This document shows, piece by piece, positions 1 through 9,592 of a stretch of 64,000 nucleotides of DNA (position 1 is the first letter of the stretch; the number at the start of each line of letters is the position of its first letter). Below the pieces are notes generated by a model that saw nothing but the letters and a program-made list of their open reading frames with translations, was not told the DNA's origin and made no database searches. This stretch comes from an uncultured Bradyrhizobium sp. (GTDB lineage Bacteria; Pseudomonadota; Alphaproteobacteria; Rhizobiales; Xanthobacteraceae), in contig CAYREH010000002.1 of NCBI GenBank assembly GCA_964423245.1, forward strand, positions 225,191-289,190, in the 5' to 3' direction. The position numbers and the translations under genes were made by a program.

Positions 1-33
1 CGGTCTGGATTGCTTCCTGCGCTCGCAATGACG
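1..33. repeat. Right arm of a REP-like palindromic intergenic repeat (truncated by window edge)
   Basis: GGATTGCTTC...CTCGCAATGACG matches the right arm of the element at 1755-1839. Confidence 0.65.
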
Positions 34-51
34 GGTCGAATCTTCGCGTCC

Positions 52-1632
52 TCACCCCAGCATCTTCCGCAGCTCCGCCTTCGCCACCTTCTCCAGCGTG
101 GAGCGCGGCATGTCGTCGACCAGTCGGATCTCGCGTGGCAGCTTGAAATCGGCAAGGCCCTTGCGGCACGCCGCCATCACCCGCTCCTGCAAATCAGGCG
201 GTGCGTCCGCGACGCCGCCGTGCGGAATGATGAACACGACCGGCACCTCGTCCAGCATCGGATGCTTCTTCGCCACCACGGCGGCCTCGCGCACGCCGGG
301 GACGACCGCGATCACCTGCTCGATCTCGGAAGCCGCGACGTTCTCGCCGCCGACCTTGAGCATGTCCTTGGCGCGATCGCCGAACCGGATGTAGCCGTTC
401 TCCAGCCGCACTACGCGGTCGCCGGTCAGGAAGAAGCCGTCGGCATCGAAGCTCTCGCGCGTCGCCGTTTCGTTGTGCAGATATTCGGCGAACAGCGACA
501 GGCCGGGAATGCCCCTGATCGCGAGGTTGCCGGTGTCGCCGACCTCGGTCGGCCGTCCGTCGTCATCGGTGATGCGGATCTCGTATTCGGCCGCCGCGCG
601 CCCGATCGACATCGGGGTATTGGGCTGGTCGACCTCGCCGACGATGCCGTGGGTGATGGTCTCGGTCATGCCCCACCAGCCGATGATCTTGACGCCGAAG
701 GCGGCGAAGGCCGGCGGCTCGTTGATCGCCGAGCCCCACAGCCGGAACCTGTGGTCGCGCGGGATCTCCTGCTCGAGCAGCGCCTTCATGCAGAACGGAA
801 TCGTCGAGGTCCAGGTCGAGCCGTGCTCGCGCGCCACGGACCAGAACCGGCTGGCGGAGAAGCGCGGCTGGATCACGCAAGTCGCGCCGACCCACAATGT
901 CGCCAGCATCGAATAGGCCAGCGCATTGGTATGGAATAGCGGCAGATAGGTCTGGTGTACGTCGTTCGCATGCAGGTCCTCATGCGCGGCGTTGACCTTG
1001 GCGCCCCACAGCGCATTGGCATGGGTCCACAGCACCGCCTTGGGCCGCGACGTGGTGCCCGACGTGTACTGCACGCTGCACGGCGCCAGCGGATCGGTGG
1101 CGCGCCGCGGACGGTCCGCGCTGTCGGCGAACAGCGCGTCGAAACTGTCGCCGCGGGCGGCGGTCTGCGCCGGTGCCGCGCCCGCATCGTGTGACGTCAC
1201 CGCCATCCAGCGAAGGTCGCGGCAGTTCTGCGCGACGATCTCGGCATAGGCCGGCTGGGTGATCGCGGCCACCGCGCCGCAATGCCCGGCGAAATACTCG
1301 ATCTCCGCCGGCGCCGAGCGGGTATTGGTGGTCACGGCGATGGCCCCGAGCTCGACGCAGGCAAACCAGGCCAGCAGCGCTTCGATGCAATTGTCGAGAT
1401 GGATGAGCACATACTCGCCGGGCTTCACGCCACGCTTCGCCAGGCCGGTCGCAAGCGCGCCGACCCGCTCGTGAAACTCGCCGTAGCTCCAGCGCCGCGC
1501 CGGCGCATCGAACGGCGCCCAGATCAGGAAGGGGTGGTCGCGCCGCACCTCGGCGCGCATCCTGAGCAGCCAGGGCACGTCGAGCCCGTCGAACGGGCCG
1601 ACGATTCCGGCCGCGGATTTTTGAATAGGCAT
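52..1632 (-). CDS. AMP-binding acyl-CoA ligase (CaiC-like)
   Basis: YTSGTTSRPK, WGMTET, FLTGD, KVGGENV and STLEKVAK adenylation motifs; start moved to MPIQKS behind GGAGG. Confidence 0.92.
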   Translation of the reverse strand: MPIQKSAAGIVGPFDGLDVPWLLRMRAEVRRDHPFLIWAPFDAPARRWSYGEFHERVGALATGLAKRGVKPGEYVLIHLDNCIEALLAWFACVELGAIAVTTNTRSAPAEIEYFAGHCGAVAAITQPAYAEIVAQNCRDLRWMAVTSHDAGAAPAQTAARGDSFDALFADSADRPRRATDPLAPCSVQYTSGTTSRPKAVLWTHANALWGAKVNAAHEDLHANDVHQTYLPLFHTNALAYSMLATLWVGATCVIQPRFSASRFWSVAREHGSTWTSTIPFCMKALLEQEIPRDHRFRLWGSAINEPPAFAAFGVKIIGWWGMTETITHGIVGEVDQPNTPMSIGRAAAEYEIRITDDDGRPTEVGDTGNLAIRGIPGLSLFAEYLHNETATRESFDADGFFLTGDRVVRLENGYIRFGDRAKDMLKVGGENVAASEIEQVIAVVPGVREAAVVAKKHPMLDEVPVVFIIPHGGVADAPPDLQERVMAACRKGLADFKLPREIRLVDDMPRSTLEKVAKAELRKMLG

Positions 1633-1754
1633 GGATCCTCCCGTGCAGCCTGCATCTTGCGGGCGGCTGCTTGTCGATGATTGCGTCTTCCTGCCACCAG
1701 GCGGCGCGGAGTGCAAATCGGGAACATGAGCGGCGGTCCGCTGCCTCTTCCCCC

Positions 1755-1839
1755 TCATTGCGAGGAGCTCTTGCGACGAAGCAATCCAGACTGTCGCCGA
1801 GGAGGACGTCGCGGTTGCTTCGCCTCGCTCGCAAGGACG
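1755..1839. repeat. REP-like palindromic intergenic repeat
   Basis: Nested inverted repeats TCATTGCGAG/CTCGCAAGGA and GAAGCAATCC/GGTTGCTTC; type common in Bradyrhizobiaceae. Confidence 0.7.
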
Positions 1840-1863
1840 GGGCTCGTGGTTGGCGGTGTAGGC

Positions 1864-2283
1864 CTATCGACCGTCATCCGCGTAGGACGAAATCTCGATC
1901 AGGCTGCCGTCGGGATCGCGGCAATAGACCGAGCGCAGCGTACCGCGGGCGCCCTGCTTCGCAACCGGCCCCTCCGCGATCGCAACGCCGTTGGCCTCCA
2001 GATGCGCCACCACCTCGTCCGGTGTGGCGGATGTGAGGAAGCAGAGGTCCTCGCTGCCGGCGGTCTGGTGATCGGCCGTGAACCACTCCACCTTGTCGGC
2101 ATCGCGCGGCCGGACGTTGATCTTCTGTTGACCAAACTGCAGCGAAGTCCGCGGCGCCTTGCCGCCGCCGGGATCGAACACCTTGACCTCCATGCCGAGG
2201 ATCCTGTGGTACCAGTCGGCGGTCCGCGCGACGTCGGTCACGTTGATTACGAGATGATCGAGGGCGTCGACCTTGACCGGCAT
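1864..2283 (-). CDS. VOC / glyoxalase family protein
   Basis: LDHLVINV and SVYCRDPDGSLIEIS motifs. Confidence 0.9.
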   Translation of the reverse strand: MPVKVDALDHLVINVTDVARTADWYHRILGMEVKVFDPGGGKAPRTSLQFGQQKINVRPRDADKVEWFTADHQTAGSEDLCFLTSATPDEVVAHLEANGVAIAEGPVAKQGARGTLRSVYCRDPDGSLIEISSYADDGR

Positions 2284-2409
2284 GTCTCATCCTTTCGTCG
2301 CGTTGTGCGCTGCGCACTTTCCGCGTGCTTCGTGCTTTGTTACAACGCGGGCCAAGCCACCTTCAAGACAACCGCGCTTCAAGAACAACACTTCGGGAGA
2401 ACCCTTGAG

Positions 2410-3384
2410 ATGATCACTCGCCGTACCGCGCTTGGCCTGCTCGCCGCCAGTCCGATCGCAGCCAGCCCGCTGTCGAAGGCCTTCGCCGCCGACTATCCGT
2501 CCCGGCCGGTGAAGTTCGTGGTCGGCTATCCGCCCGGCGGCGCCACCGACATTCTCGCGCGCCTGATCGGCCAGCGGCTCTCGGAGCGGCTGGGACAGCA
2601 ATTCGTCGTCGAGAACAAGCCGGGCGCCGGCAACAATATCGGGACAGAATCCGTCGTCAGCGCCGATCCCGACGGTTACACCGTGATGCTGGTCAATCCG
2701 GCCAACTACATCAACGCCACGCTCTACGCCAATCTCAAGTTCAACTTCGTGCGTGACATCGCGCCGGTCGCCTCGTTCCAGCGCGTGCCGAACGTGATGA
2801 CCGTCAACAAGGACGTGCCGGCCAAGACCGTTCCCGAATTCATCGAGTACGTGAAGGCCAATCCCGGCAAGGTGAACATGGCCTCCTCCGGCAACGGCAC
2901 CTCGGTGCATCTGTCGGGCGAGATGTTCATGGCGATGACCGGCTGCAAGATGCAGCACGTGCCCTATCGCGGCGCCGCGCCCGCCATCACCGACATGCTC
3001 GGCGGCCAGGTGCAGGTGATCTTCGACAACATGCCCTCGATCATCCAGCACATCCGCTCCGGCGCCCTGCGCGCGCTCGGCGTCACCACCGCCCAGCGCT
3101 CGCCCCAGCTGCCTGACGTGCCGGCGATCGGCGAAACGGTGAAGGACTATGAGGCGAGCGCGCTGTTCGGCATGGGTGCGCCGAAGAACATGCCCAAGGA
3201 GATCATCGCCAAGCTCAACAGCGAGATCAACGCGCTGATGAAGGAGCCCGACATGACCAAGCGCCTGGTCGAACTCGGCGGCGATCCCCTGATCCAGACG
3301 CCCGAGCAGTTCGGCAAGGACATCGAGGCCGAGACCGCGAAGTGGAAGAAGGTCGTCGAGTTCGCCGGCCTGAAGGTCGAATAG
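2410..3384 (+). CDS. Bug/TctC tripartite tricarboxylate transporter substrate-binding protein
   Basis: Twin-arginine-like leader, YPSRPV, PPGGATD, VENKPGAG, HVPYRG. Confidence 0.93.
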   Translation: MITRRTALGLLAASPIAASPLSKAFAADYPSRPVKFVVGYPPGGATDILARLIGQRLSERLGQQFVVENKPGAGNNIGTESVVSADPDGYTVMLVNPANYINATLYANLKFNFVRDIAPVASFQRVPNVMTVNKDVPAKTVPEFIEYVKANPGKVNMASSGNGTSVHLSGEMFMAMTGCKMQHVPYRGAAPAITDMLGGQVQVIFDNMPSIIQHIRSGALRALGVTTAQRSPQLPDVPAIGETVKDYEASALFGMGAPKNMPKEIIAKLNSEINALMKEPDMTKRLVELGGDPLIQTPEQFGKDIEAETAKWKKVVEFAGLKVE

Positions 3385-3408
3385 CGATCCTGTGATGGCC
3401 CGAATTGG

Positions 3409-3435
3409 AGCCCCGCCCTCCGGCGGGGCTTTTTT
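3409..3435 (+). terminator. Rho-independent terminator
   Basis: AGCCCCGCC-ctcc-GGCGGGGCT followed by T run. Confidence 0.85.
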
Positions 3436-3530
3436 CTTGCGGACGTGATGCTCTCCGTCTGGAATAATCGGTGGCGGCGAAACCTGACACGGGATGGCGC
3501 CGCATGCGGCGCAAGGGAGGATCCGACATC

Positions 3531-3809
3531 ATGCGCAAGACGCAACTGGCGCTGCTGGCATTCGGGGCGACGGCCCTTGCCGGCTCCATTACGGTGACGC
3601 CTGCCGCGGCCCGCGATTATCCCTGGTGCGCCCAGGGCGGCGAGTACGACTATCCGGGGGAATGTGCCTACAGCTCCTATCAGCAATGCCAGGCCAGCGT
3701 GTCCGGACGGCTGCTGTTCTGCGACCGCAACCCGCGCTTCGCCGACAATCCCGCGCCGAACCGCCAGCCGCAACCGCGTCGGCGCGCGCGGATGGCGGCT
3801 CCTTACTGA
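3531..3809 (+). CDS. DUF3551-like small secreted Cys protein
   Basis: Signal peptide, YPWCAQG..ECAYSSYQQCQASVSG..C.RNP; GGGAGG RBS. Confidence 0.85.
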   Translation: MRKTQLALLAFGATALAGSITVTPAAARDYPWCAQGGEYDYPGECAYSSYQQCQASVSGRLLFCDRNPRFADNPAPNRQPQPRRRARMAAPY

Positions 3810-4183
3810 TCGTCAGACACATCGGGACTTGACGCGCAGCCCGCGAAAGAAAGCGCTTGCGCGCGGGCGACGTCATTTCACCGGCAGGTACTCGCTGTCT
3901 CGGTGTGGTGCAAGGATCCGCGCAACGGCTCACAAGAGCAACGGCCGCGGTCGATTGGGCCTTGGAGGGAGGAGTTCAATATCAACCCCTTCGCTGATGT
4001 CACTTGGCGCGGCGAGCGGCCGATACGCCGCTGTACGAGGGCCGGCTCGGTACCGGAGCGGTCTCGACGTTCATCCATCTGACAGAAAATTCCGGGTCGC
4101 GGGTCATCGTCGCGAGCACCGATTTCAACGCTTGCAGCGAATAAATTCTTGGTGATATACGAATCAAAAAAAGAAGGCGTTAA

Positions 4184-4774
4184 ATGTTTAAATTGAAATT
4201 ATTCGCGGCTTCCATCTTCCTTGTGGCTTTCATCAATCAAGCTTCGGCAGCGGTCATCGACTTCGCTACCCTTGCTTCCCCTAACGGGACTCCCGTCTAT
4301 TCTTATTCCGAGAACGGGTTCTCCGTAACGGCCACGAACTTCAACGCGGCCCAAAGAAACGGAAGTCCCGTTCCAAGCCTGTATTCGTCTTTCGGAAGTT
4401 TCGTTACCTTGACCGTGACCCAGATCGGTGGCGGCTTGTTCGAACTCTCAAGCTTTGATGTTGCGACGTTTGGCGGTGGCCTGGGGGTCTGGATCGTCGG
4501 CTACAAAGGTGGCGGCCAACTCTACGGCGAGGGACACAGCTTCCCGGGGGCATCCGATTTCGCGACAGTCACTGTTTCCAACACCAGGGCTGTCGATCAG
4601 GTGGTCTTCTCCTTTTCGCTGGCCGGCTCGTCGATGAATATCGACAACATCGTCGTGGACCCGACGGTCAGCGCCGTTCCTGAAACGTCCACGTGGGTCA
4701 TGATGATCTTCGGTTTCGCCGGAGTTGGCTTCTTGACCAGCCGTCGACGCAACCAAGCGCTGCACGCTGCCTAA
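4184..4774 (+). CDS. PEPxxWA-CTERM-type surface protein
   Basis: Signal peptide; C-terminal VPETSTWVMMIFGFAGVGFLTSRRR; lower GC than flanks. Confidence 0.88.
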   Translation: MFKLKLFAASIFLVAFINQASAAVIDFATLASPNGTPVYSYSENGFSVTATNFNAAQRNGSPVPSLYSSFGSFVTLTVTQIGGGLFELSSFDVATFGGGLGVWIVGYKGGGQLYGEGHSFPGASDFATVTVSNTRAVDQVVFSFSLAGSSMNIDNIVVDPTVSAVPETSTWVMMIFGFAGVGFLTSRRRNQALHAA

Positions 4775-4801
4775 TCTCGCGAACAGCGGCGATTGATTGA
4801 G

Positions 4802-4829
4802 AGACCGCCTCCGGGCGGTCTTTCCGTTT
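4802..4829 (+). terminator. Probable Rho-independent terminator
   Basis: AGACCGCC-tccg-GGCGGTCT then TTCCGTTT. Confidence 0.65.
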
Positions 4830-4889
4830 GCGCTGCCCTGACTAAGAGTGGACGAGAGCGGTGCCCGAAACCAGATGTCTCCGAAGACG

Positions 4890-5160
4890 CTGGAGCGTCG
4901 AGGCCGCGATCGATGCCGCCATTTCCGGTCTCGGGATCGCGCGCGTGCTGGACTATCAGGTCGCGCTGCATGTCGCGGCCGGCCGCCTGCGTTACGTGCT
5001 CGCGGCGCGTGATCCGCCTCCGGTGCCGGTGAGCCTCGTCTATCAGGCCAACCGGCTGCGCTCCCCGAATGCGCGCGCCATGATCGACGCCGCCCGGCGA
5101 TATTTTTCGGCCGGCTCGGTGCGGGAGCGCAGGCCCGTTGCTGGTCCGGTCAAGCGCTAG
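4890..5160 (+). pseudogene. C-terminal fragment of a LysR substrate-binding domain
   Basis: SVEAAIDAAISGLGIARVLDYQV..AGRL..VL..PVSLVY; HTH and most of effector domain absent. Confidence 0.75.
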
Positions 5161-6398
5161 CGCTTCGCGTCGGCCTGTTCCGTGCCGGCGCAAGTTATCA
5201 GCATTGTGTAGGCGCGGGCATTGTCGGCGATCTCGGTGGTCTTGAGTTCGGCTTTCGGCTCCGCGGTCTGGTAGGGCACCACGGAATTGTCGAGGAAGTC
5301 GCGCAGCGCGCCGGTCTTGATCGCGAAGTTGATGTTCTCTGGCATGTTGCCGGTGGCGACGGCGATGCGCAGTCCATCGAGCTTTCCGGTCACCACGCCG
5401 ACGACCTGGCCGGTGGTGTCGAACAGCGGTCCGCCGCTGTTGCCGGGTTGCACGGCGGCGCTGATCTGGAGAAGGCGCGAATCGTTGCGCAGCCCGCTGA
5501 GCGAGCTGACGATGCCGGTCGTTACCGTGAAGTCCGAACTCAGTAGTCCATGGAAGGGAAAGCCGATCGCGACGACGGAATCGCCGGAGCGGATGGAGCG
5601 ATCGCGGATGCGCCCGAAATCCTTGAAGCTCGTGGTCGATGGCGCCTGCAGCAACGCAAGATCGTTGTTGGCGTCGCTCGATACCACGCGAAGGACCATG
5701 GCGGCTTCGCCCGTCAGATTGCCCTTGATGTCGCCGACGCAGCCGTTGATGACGTGATTGTTGGTGACGATGTGGCCGTTGGCGCTCACCACGAAGCCGG
5801 TGCCGCTCTTGCCTCTGCCCGGCTTGCCGGCCGGCGGTGCAGCCGGCTTGTCCGACGAGGCCGGCGGCTTGGCGGCGACCTTTGTGAAATCGCCGGCCTT
5901 GCCGAGCCCGTCGGCCTTGACCCTGGCGGCGCAGTTGGCGAGTGCCGCGATCACGGGACCGGTCGAAGTCAAGTTGAAATTGAGGACGGTGCGCCCGCTC
6001 GTCGCGACCATCAGGCTCGACTTCTGAAACGTCCGCACGACGTTGGGCGGCAGCACGGCCGTCAGCATGTTCGGCTGGTTGGCCGTGGCGTACAGCCGGG
6101 CCTGCTCCTGCCCGTCGAACGTGACATCGATCGCGGCGCTTTCGCCCGTCTTGAAGCGGGATCCCGGGCTGGCAAAGCCAAGCGACCATGTCCCCGTCGC
6201 ATTGTAACCCACCACCAGGATGATGCCGCTCGCATAGGATGTCGTCGCGGCACAATGGGAGAAAGCGCCCGTTTCATCATTGCTGAAGGCGCCGCCGATC
6301 CAGTTGCCGACATTGACCGAGCCGAACGGCCCCGCCGCATCGGCGGGACCGACAAGGCCCAGCAACACGGATCCAATCACGACGGATCTGAGACGCAT
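5157..6398 (-). CDS. Secreted trypsin-like (S1C) serine protease
   Basis: GTGFVV, TNNHV, NDLALL, QPGNSGGPL catalytic triad; signal peptide. Confidence 0.92.
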   Translation of the reverse strand: MRLRSVVIGSVLLGLVGPADAAGPFGSVNVGNWIGGAFSNDETGAFSHCAATTSYASGIILVVGYNATGTWSLGFASPGSRFKTGESAAIDVTFDGQEQARLYATANQPNMLTAVLPPNVVRTFQKSSLMVATSGRTVLNFNLTSTGPVIAALANCAARVKADGLGKAGDFTKVAAKPPASSDKPAAPPAGKPGRGKSGTGFVVSANGHIVTNNHVINGCVGDIKGNLTGEAAMVLRVVSSDANNDLALLQAPSTTSFKDFGRIRDRSIRSGDSVVAIGFPFHGLLSSDFTVTTGIVSSLSGLRNDSRLLQISAAVQPGNSGGPLFDTTGQVVGVVTGKLDGLRIAVATGNMPENINFAIKTGALRDFLDNSVVPYQTAEPKAELKTTEIADNARAYTMLITCAGTEQADAKR

Positions 6399-6525
6399 GC
6401 ACTTCCCCCCGAACGCGTTCCGTCCATTTTACCCGGCGGCACCGGTGACGCAACCCTCAGTTGTTCATCCGGCGGAGGTGATCAGGCCGGTCAATGCGGG
6501 GCTTGTCTTTACTTTGCAGGGGCGT

Positions 6526-6546
6526 ATACTTTGCCATACAAAGTAT
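6526..6546. promoter_or_regulatory. Palindromic operator ATACTTTG-N5-CAAAGTAT
   Basis: Perfect 8-bp inverted repeat upstream of 6597; extra half site TACTTTG at 6510; second copy at 7593. Confidence 0.7.
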
Positions 6547-6596
6547 CTGGGCGCGTGGCCCGATTCTGCGAGCGTGGTCCGAGGCTCTGGCATCAC

Positions 6597-7214
6597 ATGC
6601 GCGATCTCGACAAGGCACTGGCCGACATCGGAGCCATCCGGAGCCAGATCGCCGCAGGCACGGCATTTCGCGGCTATGGTCCGGCCGCGATGGCGGCGAC
6701 CGGCGCCGTCGCCCTCGTCACCGCCGTCCTGCAAGTCTGGCTGCTCGACGACCCCACGAACGAGCCGCTCGGTTTCTTTCTCGGCTGGCTCGTGGCTGCC
6801 ACGCTCTCCGTCCTCATGATCGGCATCGAGATGCGCGCGCGCTCGCGCCGCCATCATTCGGGTCTTGCCGATGCCATGATTCACCAGGCGGTCGAGCAGT
6901 TCCTGCCCGCGGGCGTCGCCGGCGTGCTGCTCGCCGTGGTGATGTGGAAGTTCGCGGGCGAGACGCTGTGGCTGCTGCCGGGCCTGTGGCAGATCCTGGT
7001 GTCGCTCGGCATCTTTGCCTCGGTCCGCTCGCTGCCGCGCAGCGTGGCGCTGGCGGGCGCCTGGTACTTCCTGTCCGGCTTCGTCGTCCTGATGCTCGCA
7101 AGCCGGACCCACACGCTCTCGCCCTGGACCATGGGGCTGCCCTTCGTGATCGGGCAGGCCGTCATGGCGGCGATCCTGCATTTCGCGTCCGGAGACAATG
7201 ATGTCGAAGACTGA
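6597..7214 (+). CDS. Uncharacterised multi-pass membrane protein
   Basis: About six hydrophobic segments from MRDLDKALADI; overlaps the start of the downstream regulator. Confidence 0.85.
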   Translation: MRDLDKALADIGAIRSQIAAGTAFRGYGPAAMAATGAVALVTAVLQVWLLDDPTNEPLGFFLGWLVAATLSVLMIGIEMRARSRRHHSGLADAMIHQAVEQFLPAGVAGVLLAVVMWKFAGETLWLLPGLWQILVSLGIFASVRSLPRSVALAGAWYFLSGFVVLMLASRTHTLSPWTMGLPFVIGQAVMAAILHFASGDNDVED

Positions 7215-7575
7215 CAGCGCGCCCTTTTCCTATGAAGGGCTCGACCGCGTGATCCACGAGAAGGCCCGGCTCGGCCTTCTCACCTCGCTGATGGCGCATC
7301 CAAAGGGACTGGCCTTCGCCGATCTCAAGCAGCTCTGCGGTCTGACCGACGGCAATCTCAGCCGGCATCTCGCCGTGCTCCAGGAGGCAGGCCTCGTCGA
7401 GGTCACCAAGGGCTATGAGGGCAATCGCCCGCACACCAGCTGCCGCCTGACGCGGACCGGCCGCCGCCGCTTCCTGGACTATCTCAGCGTGCTCGAGCGT
7501 TTGGTGCGCGACGCCGCCAAGGCCGCCGGTCGCGAGGCGCCCGCGCCCGGCCGTCTCAACATCGCCTCCACCTGA
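7201..7575 (+). CDS. Winged-helix transcriptional regulator (HTH_34/ArsR-MarR-like)
   Basis: [31 protein letters not shown]. Confidence 0.88.
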   Translation: MSKTDSAPFSYEGLDRVIHEKARLGLLTSLMAHPKGLAFADLKQLCGLTDGNLSRHLAVLQEAGLVEVTKGYEGNRPHTSCRLTRTGRRRFLDYLSVLERLVRDAAKAAGREAPAPGRLNIAST

Positions 7576-7592
7576 TTTTCCTGTGAGCGGAG

Positions 7593-7609
7593 ACTTTGCA
7601 ATGCAAAGC
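7593..7609. promoter_or_regulatory. Second operator copy ACTTTG-N5-CAAAGC over the prenyltransferase start codon
   Basis: Same half sites and 5-nt spacer as 6526-6546. Confidence 0.6.
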
Positions 7610-8341
7610 GACGTCAATTCGTCCGGCGCCGGGCTTCATGTCGGCATCATCATGGACGGCAATGGCCGATGGGCGACGCGCCGCGGCCTGTCGCGCCTGC
7701 GCGGCCACGAGGCGGGCGTCGATGCGATCCGCCGCGTCGTGGAGGCCGCGCCGGATCAGGGCATCGGCACCCTGACGCTCTACGCCTTCTCCGCCGACAA
7801 TTGGCGCCGGCCCAAGGCCGAGGTCACCGCGCTGATGACGTTGCTGCGCGTGTATCTCGCCAACGAGGTCCAGAGCCTCGTCAGGAACGGCGTGCGACTG
7901 ACCGTGATCGGCCGGCGTGACCGTCTGCCGGACGGCATTGCGCAGGCGATCGCGCGCGCCGAAGCGGCGACCGCGAACGGCGGCACGCTGCATCTGCGCA
8001 TCGCCGTCGATTATTCCGCGCGCGATGCCATCCTCAATGCTGCGGCGAAGGCTGCGGCCTTGACCAGCCTCACCCGCGAAGCGTTCTCGCAACTCGTCAC
8101 CGGTGAAGCGGGCCTGCGCGATGTGGATCTCATCATCCGCACGTCGGGTGAGAAGCGGTTGTCGGACTTCCTGCTCTGGGAGGGCGCCTATGCCGAGTTG
8201 CACTTCACCGAACGGATGTGGCCCGAATTCGACAAGAGCGATCTTGCCGCCGCGCTTGCCGCCTTCCATGGCCGCGAACGCCGCTTCGGTGGCCTGCAGG
8301 CCATCAGCCCGGAGGACGTGCCGGCGCTCTCCCGGGTGTGA
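7601..8341 (+). CDS. uppS: cis-prenyltransferase (UppS-family paralog)
   Basis: [47 protein letters not shown]; not in frr-cdsA-dxr context. Confidence 0.9.
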   Translation: MQSDVNSSGAGLHVGIIMDGNGRWATRRGLSRLRGHEAGVDAIRRVVEAAPDQGIGTLTLYAFSADNWRRPKAEVTALMTLLRVYLANEVQSLVRNGVRLTVIGRRDRLPDGIAQAIARAEAATANGGTLHLRIAVDYSARDAILNAAAKAAALTSLTREAFSQLVTGEAGLRDVDLIIRTSGEKRLSDFLLWEGAYAELHFTERMWPEFDKSDLAAALAAFHGRERRFGGLQAISPEDVPALSRV

Positions 8342-8463
8342 CATGGCGCACGCGGGCTCGATCTGTTCGTTTTCAGCCGCGTGATTGACGCCTGTGTCCA
8401 AGCGGCAAGGCTGCGGCCTCGGCTAGGTGTGCGATCTCACGCAACCCGCGGAGAGCCACGCTC

Positions 8464-8991
8464 ATGTCGCAGCCCCTTCCGGATGTCGTCGTCGAGCTGA
8501 CCGAGACGATCGGCACGGTCAGCATCAGGACCGCCAACGCGTCCGACGTCGAGAGCCTCTCGATCTACTTCACGGATCTGTCCCCGACCTCGCGCAACAA
8601 GCGTTTCATGGGCGCGCGGGCCGATTTCGCGAGGGTTGCCGCCGAATGCATGCCGAGGCCGAATCGTCCCGATCGCTTCACGCTGCTCGCCGAGCTCCTC
8701 CGGCGCGGACAGAACGCGATCGTGGGTGAGACGTATTACGCCTATGATGCGGTCGCGGGCCATGGCGAGTTCGCCATTTCGGTCGCCGACGACTTCCAGC
8801 ATAACGGTCTCGGCTTCATGATGATGACGGCGATGGAGCAGCGCGCCCTCGCGCTTGGTCACGACATGATCGCCGGCGAGACGGCGCGGACAAATGCGGA
8901 AATGCGGGGCCTTGCGAAGAAGGCGGGGTTCGTGGACACCGGGCTCGGCGATTGGCAATCGGTCCATCTGGCGAAGCGCCTTCCGCGCTGA
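8464..8991 (+). CDS. GNAT N-acetyltransferase
   Basis: EFAISVADDFQHNGLG and N.EMRGLAKKAGF. Confidence 0.85.
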   Translation: MSQPLPDVVVELTETIGTVSIRTANASDVESLSIYFTDLSPTSRNKRFMGARADFARVAAECMPRPNRPDRFTLLAELLRRGQNAIVGETYYAYDAVAGHGEFAISVADDFQHNGLGFMMMTAMEQRALALGHDMIAGETARTNAEMRGLAKKAGFVDTGLGDWQSVHLAKRLPR

Positions 8992-9106
8992 CAGGAGTCC
9001 TGAGAGGTCTTGCCGAAATCTTGGGCAGGCTGAAAGCCTGCTCAAAAAGCGCTGCATGTTCGTGCCGATCGTGCTCTACTGCCGTCAGTGACGGGAGCGT
9101 TTGGCG

Positions 9107-9592
9107 ATGCGGGCAGTGTTGGACTATTGCACCGGGGGGACGGAGCGGAAGGTGGCGGCCGGTGTGACGGTCGTGACCGAAGGCGGGACCACCGGCCATC
9201 TCTATGTGCTGATGCAGGGCAGGCTCGAAGTGCTCAAGGGCGAGATGGTGGTTGCCACCGTCACCGAGCCGGGCGCCGTGCTCGGCGAAATGTCCGTGCT
9301 TCTCGGCCAGCCGCATACGGCCACCGTGCGGGCCTGCTCCGATGCCGTGATCTATGAATTCGAGGACGCGGCCTCCGTGCTGAAGCAACAGCCCGAAATG
9401 GCCGTGCTGATCGCCAAGATGCTGGCGCAGCGTCTCAACGTCGCGAACACCTATCTGGCCGACCTGAAGCGGCAATATGCCGGCCACGGCACGCACCTCG
9501 CCATGGTGGGCGAGGTGCTTCAGAGCATGATCAACCTGCCGCCGCTCGAGGTCTCGCCAGGCTCGGATCGGCAATCCGACCCAAGAATGTGA
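9107..9592 (+). CDS. Stand-alone cyclic nucleotide-binding domain protein
   Basis: LYVLMQGRLEV, GAVLGEMSVL..PHTATVRA; no HTH. Confidence 0.88.
   Translation: MRAVLDYCTGGTERKVAAGVTVVTEGGTTGHLYVLMQGRLEVLKGEMVVATVTEPGAVLGEMSVLLGQPHTATVRACSDAVIYEFEDAASVLKQQPEMAVLIAKMLAQRLNVANTYLADLKRQYAGHGTHLAMVGEVLQSMINLPPLEVSPGSDRQSDPRM

Noticed and set aside
1681..2409. N-terminal extensions in the ORF track (also 5550, 24616, 38841, 41125, 45743, 53440, 55172)
   Set aside because: Run through neighbouring genes; internal starts fit RBS and family N-termini better
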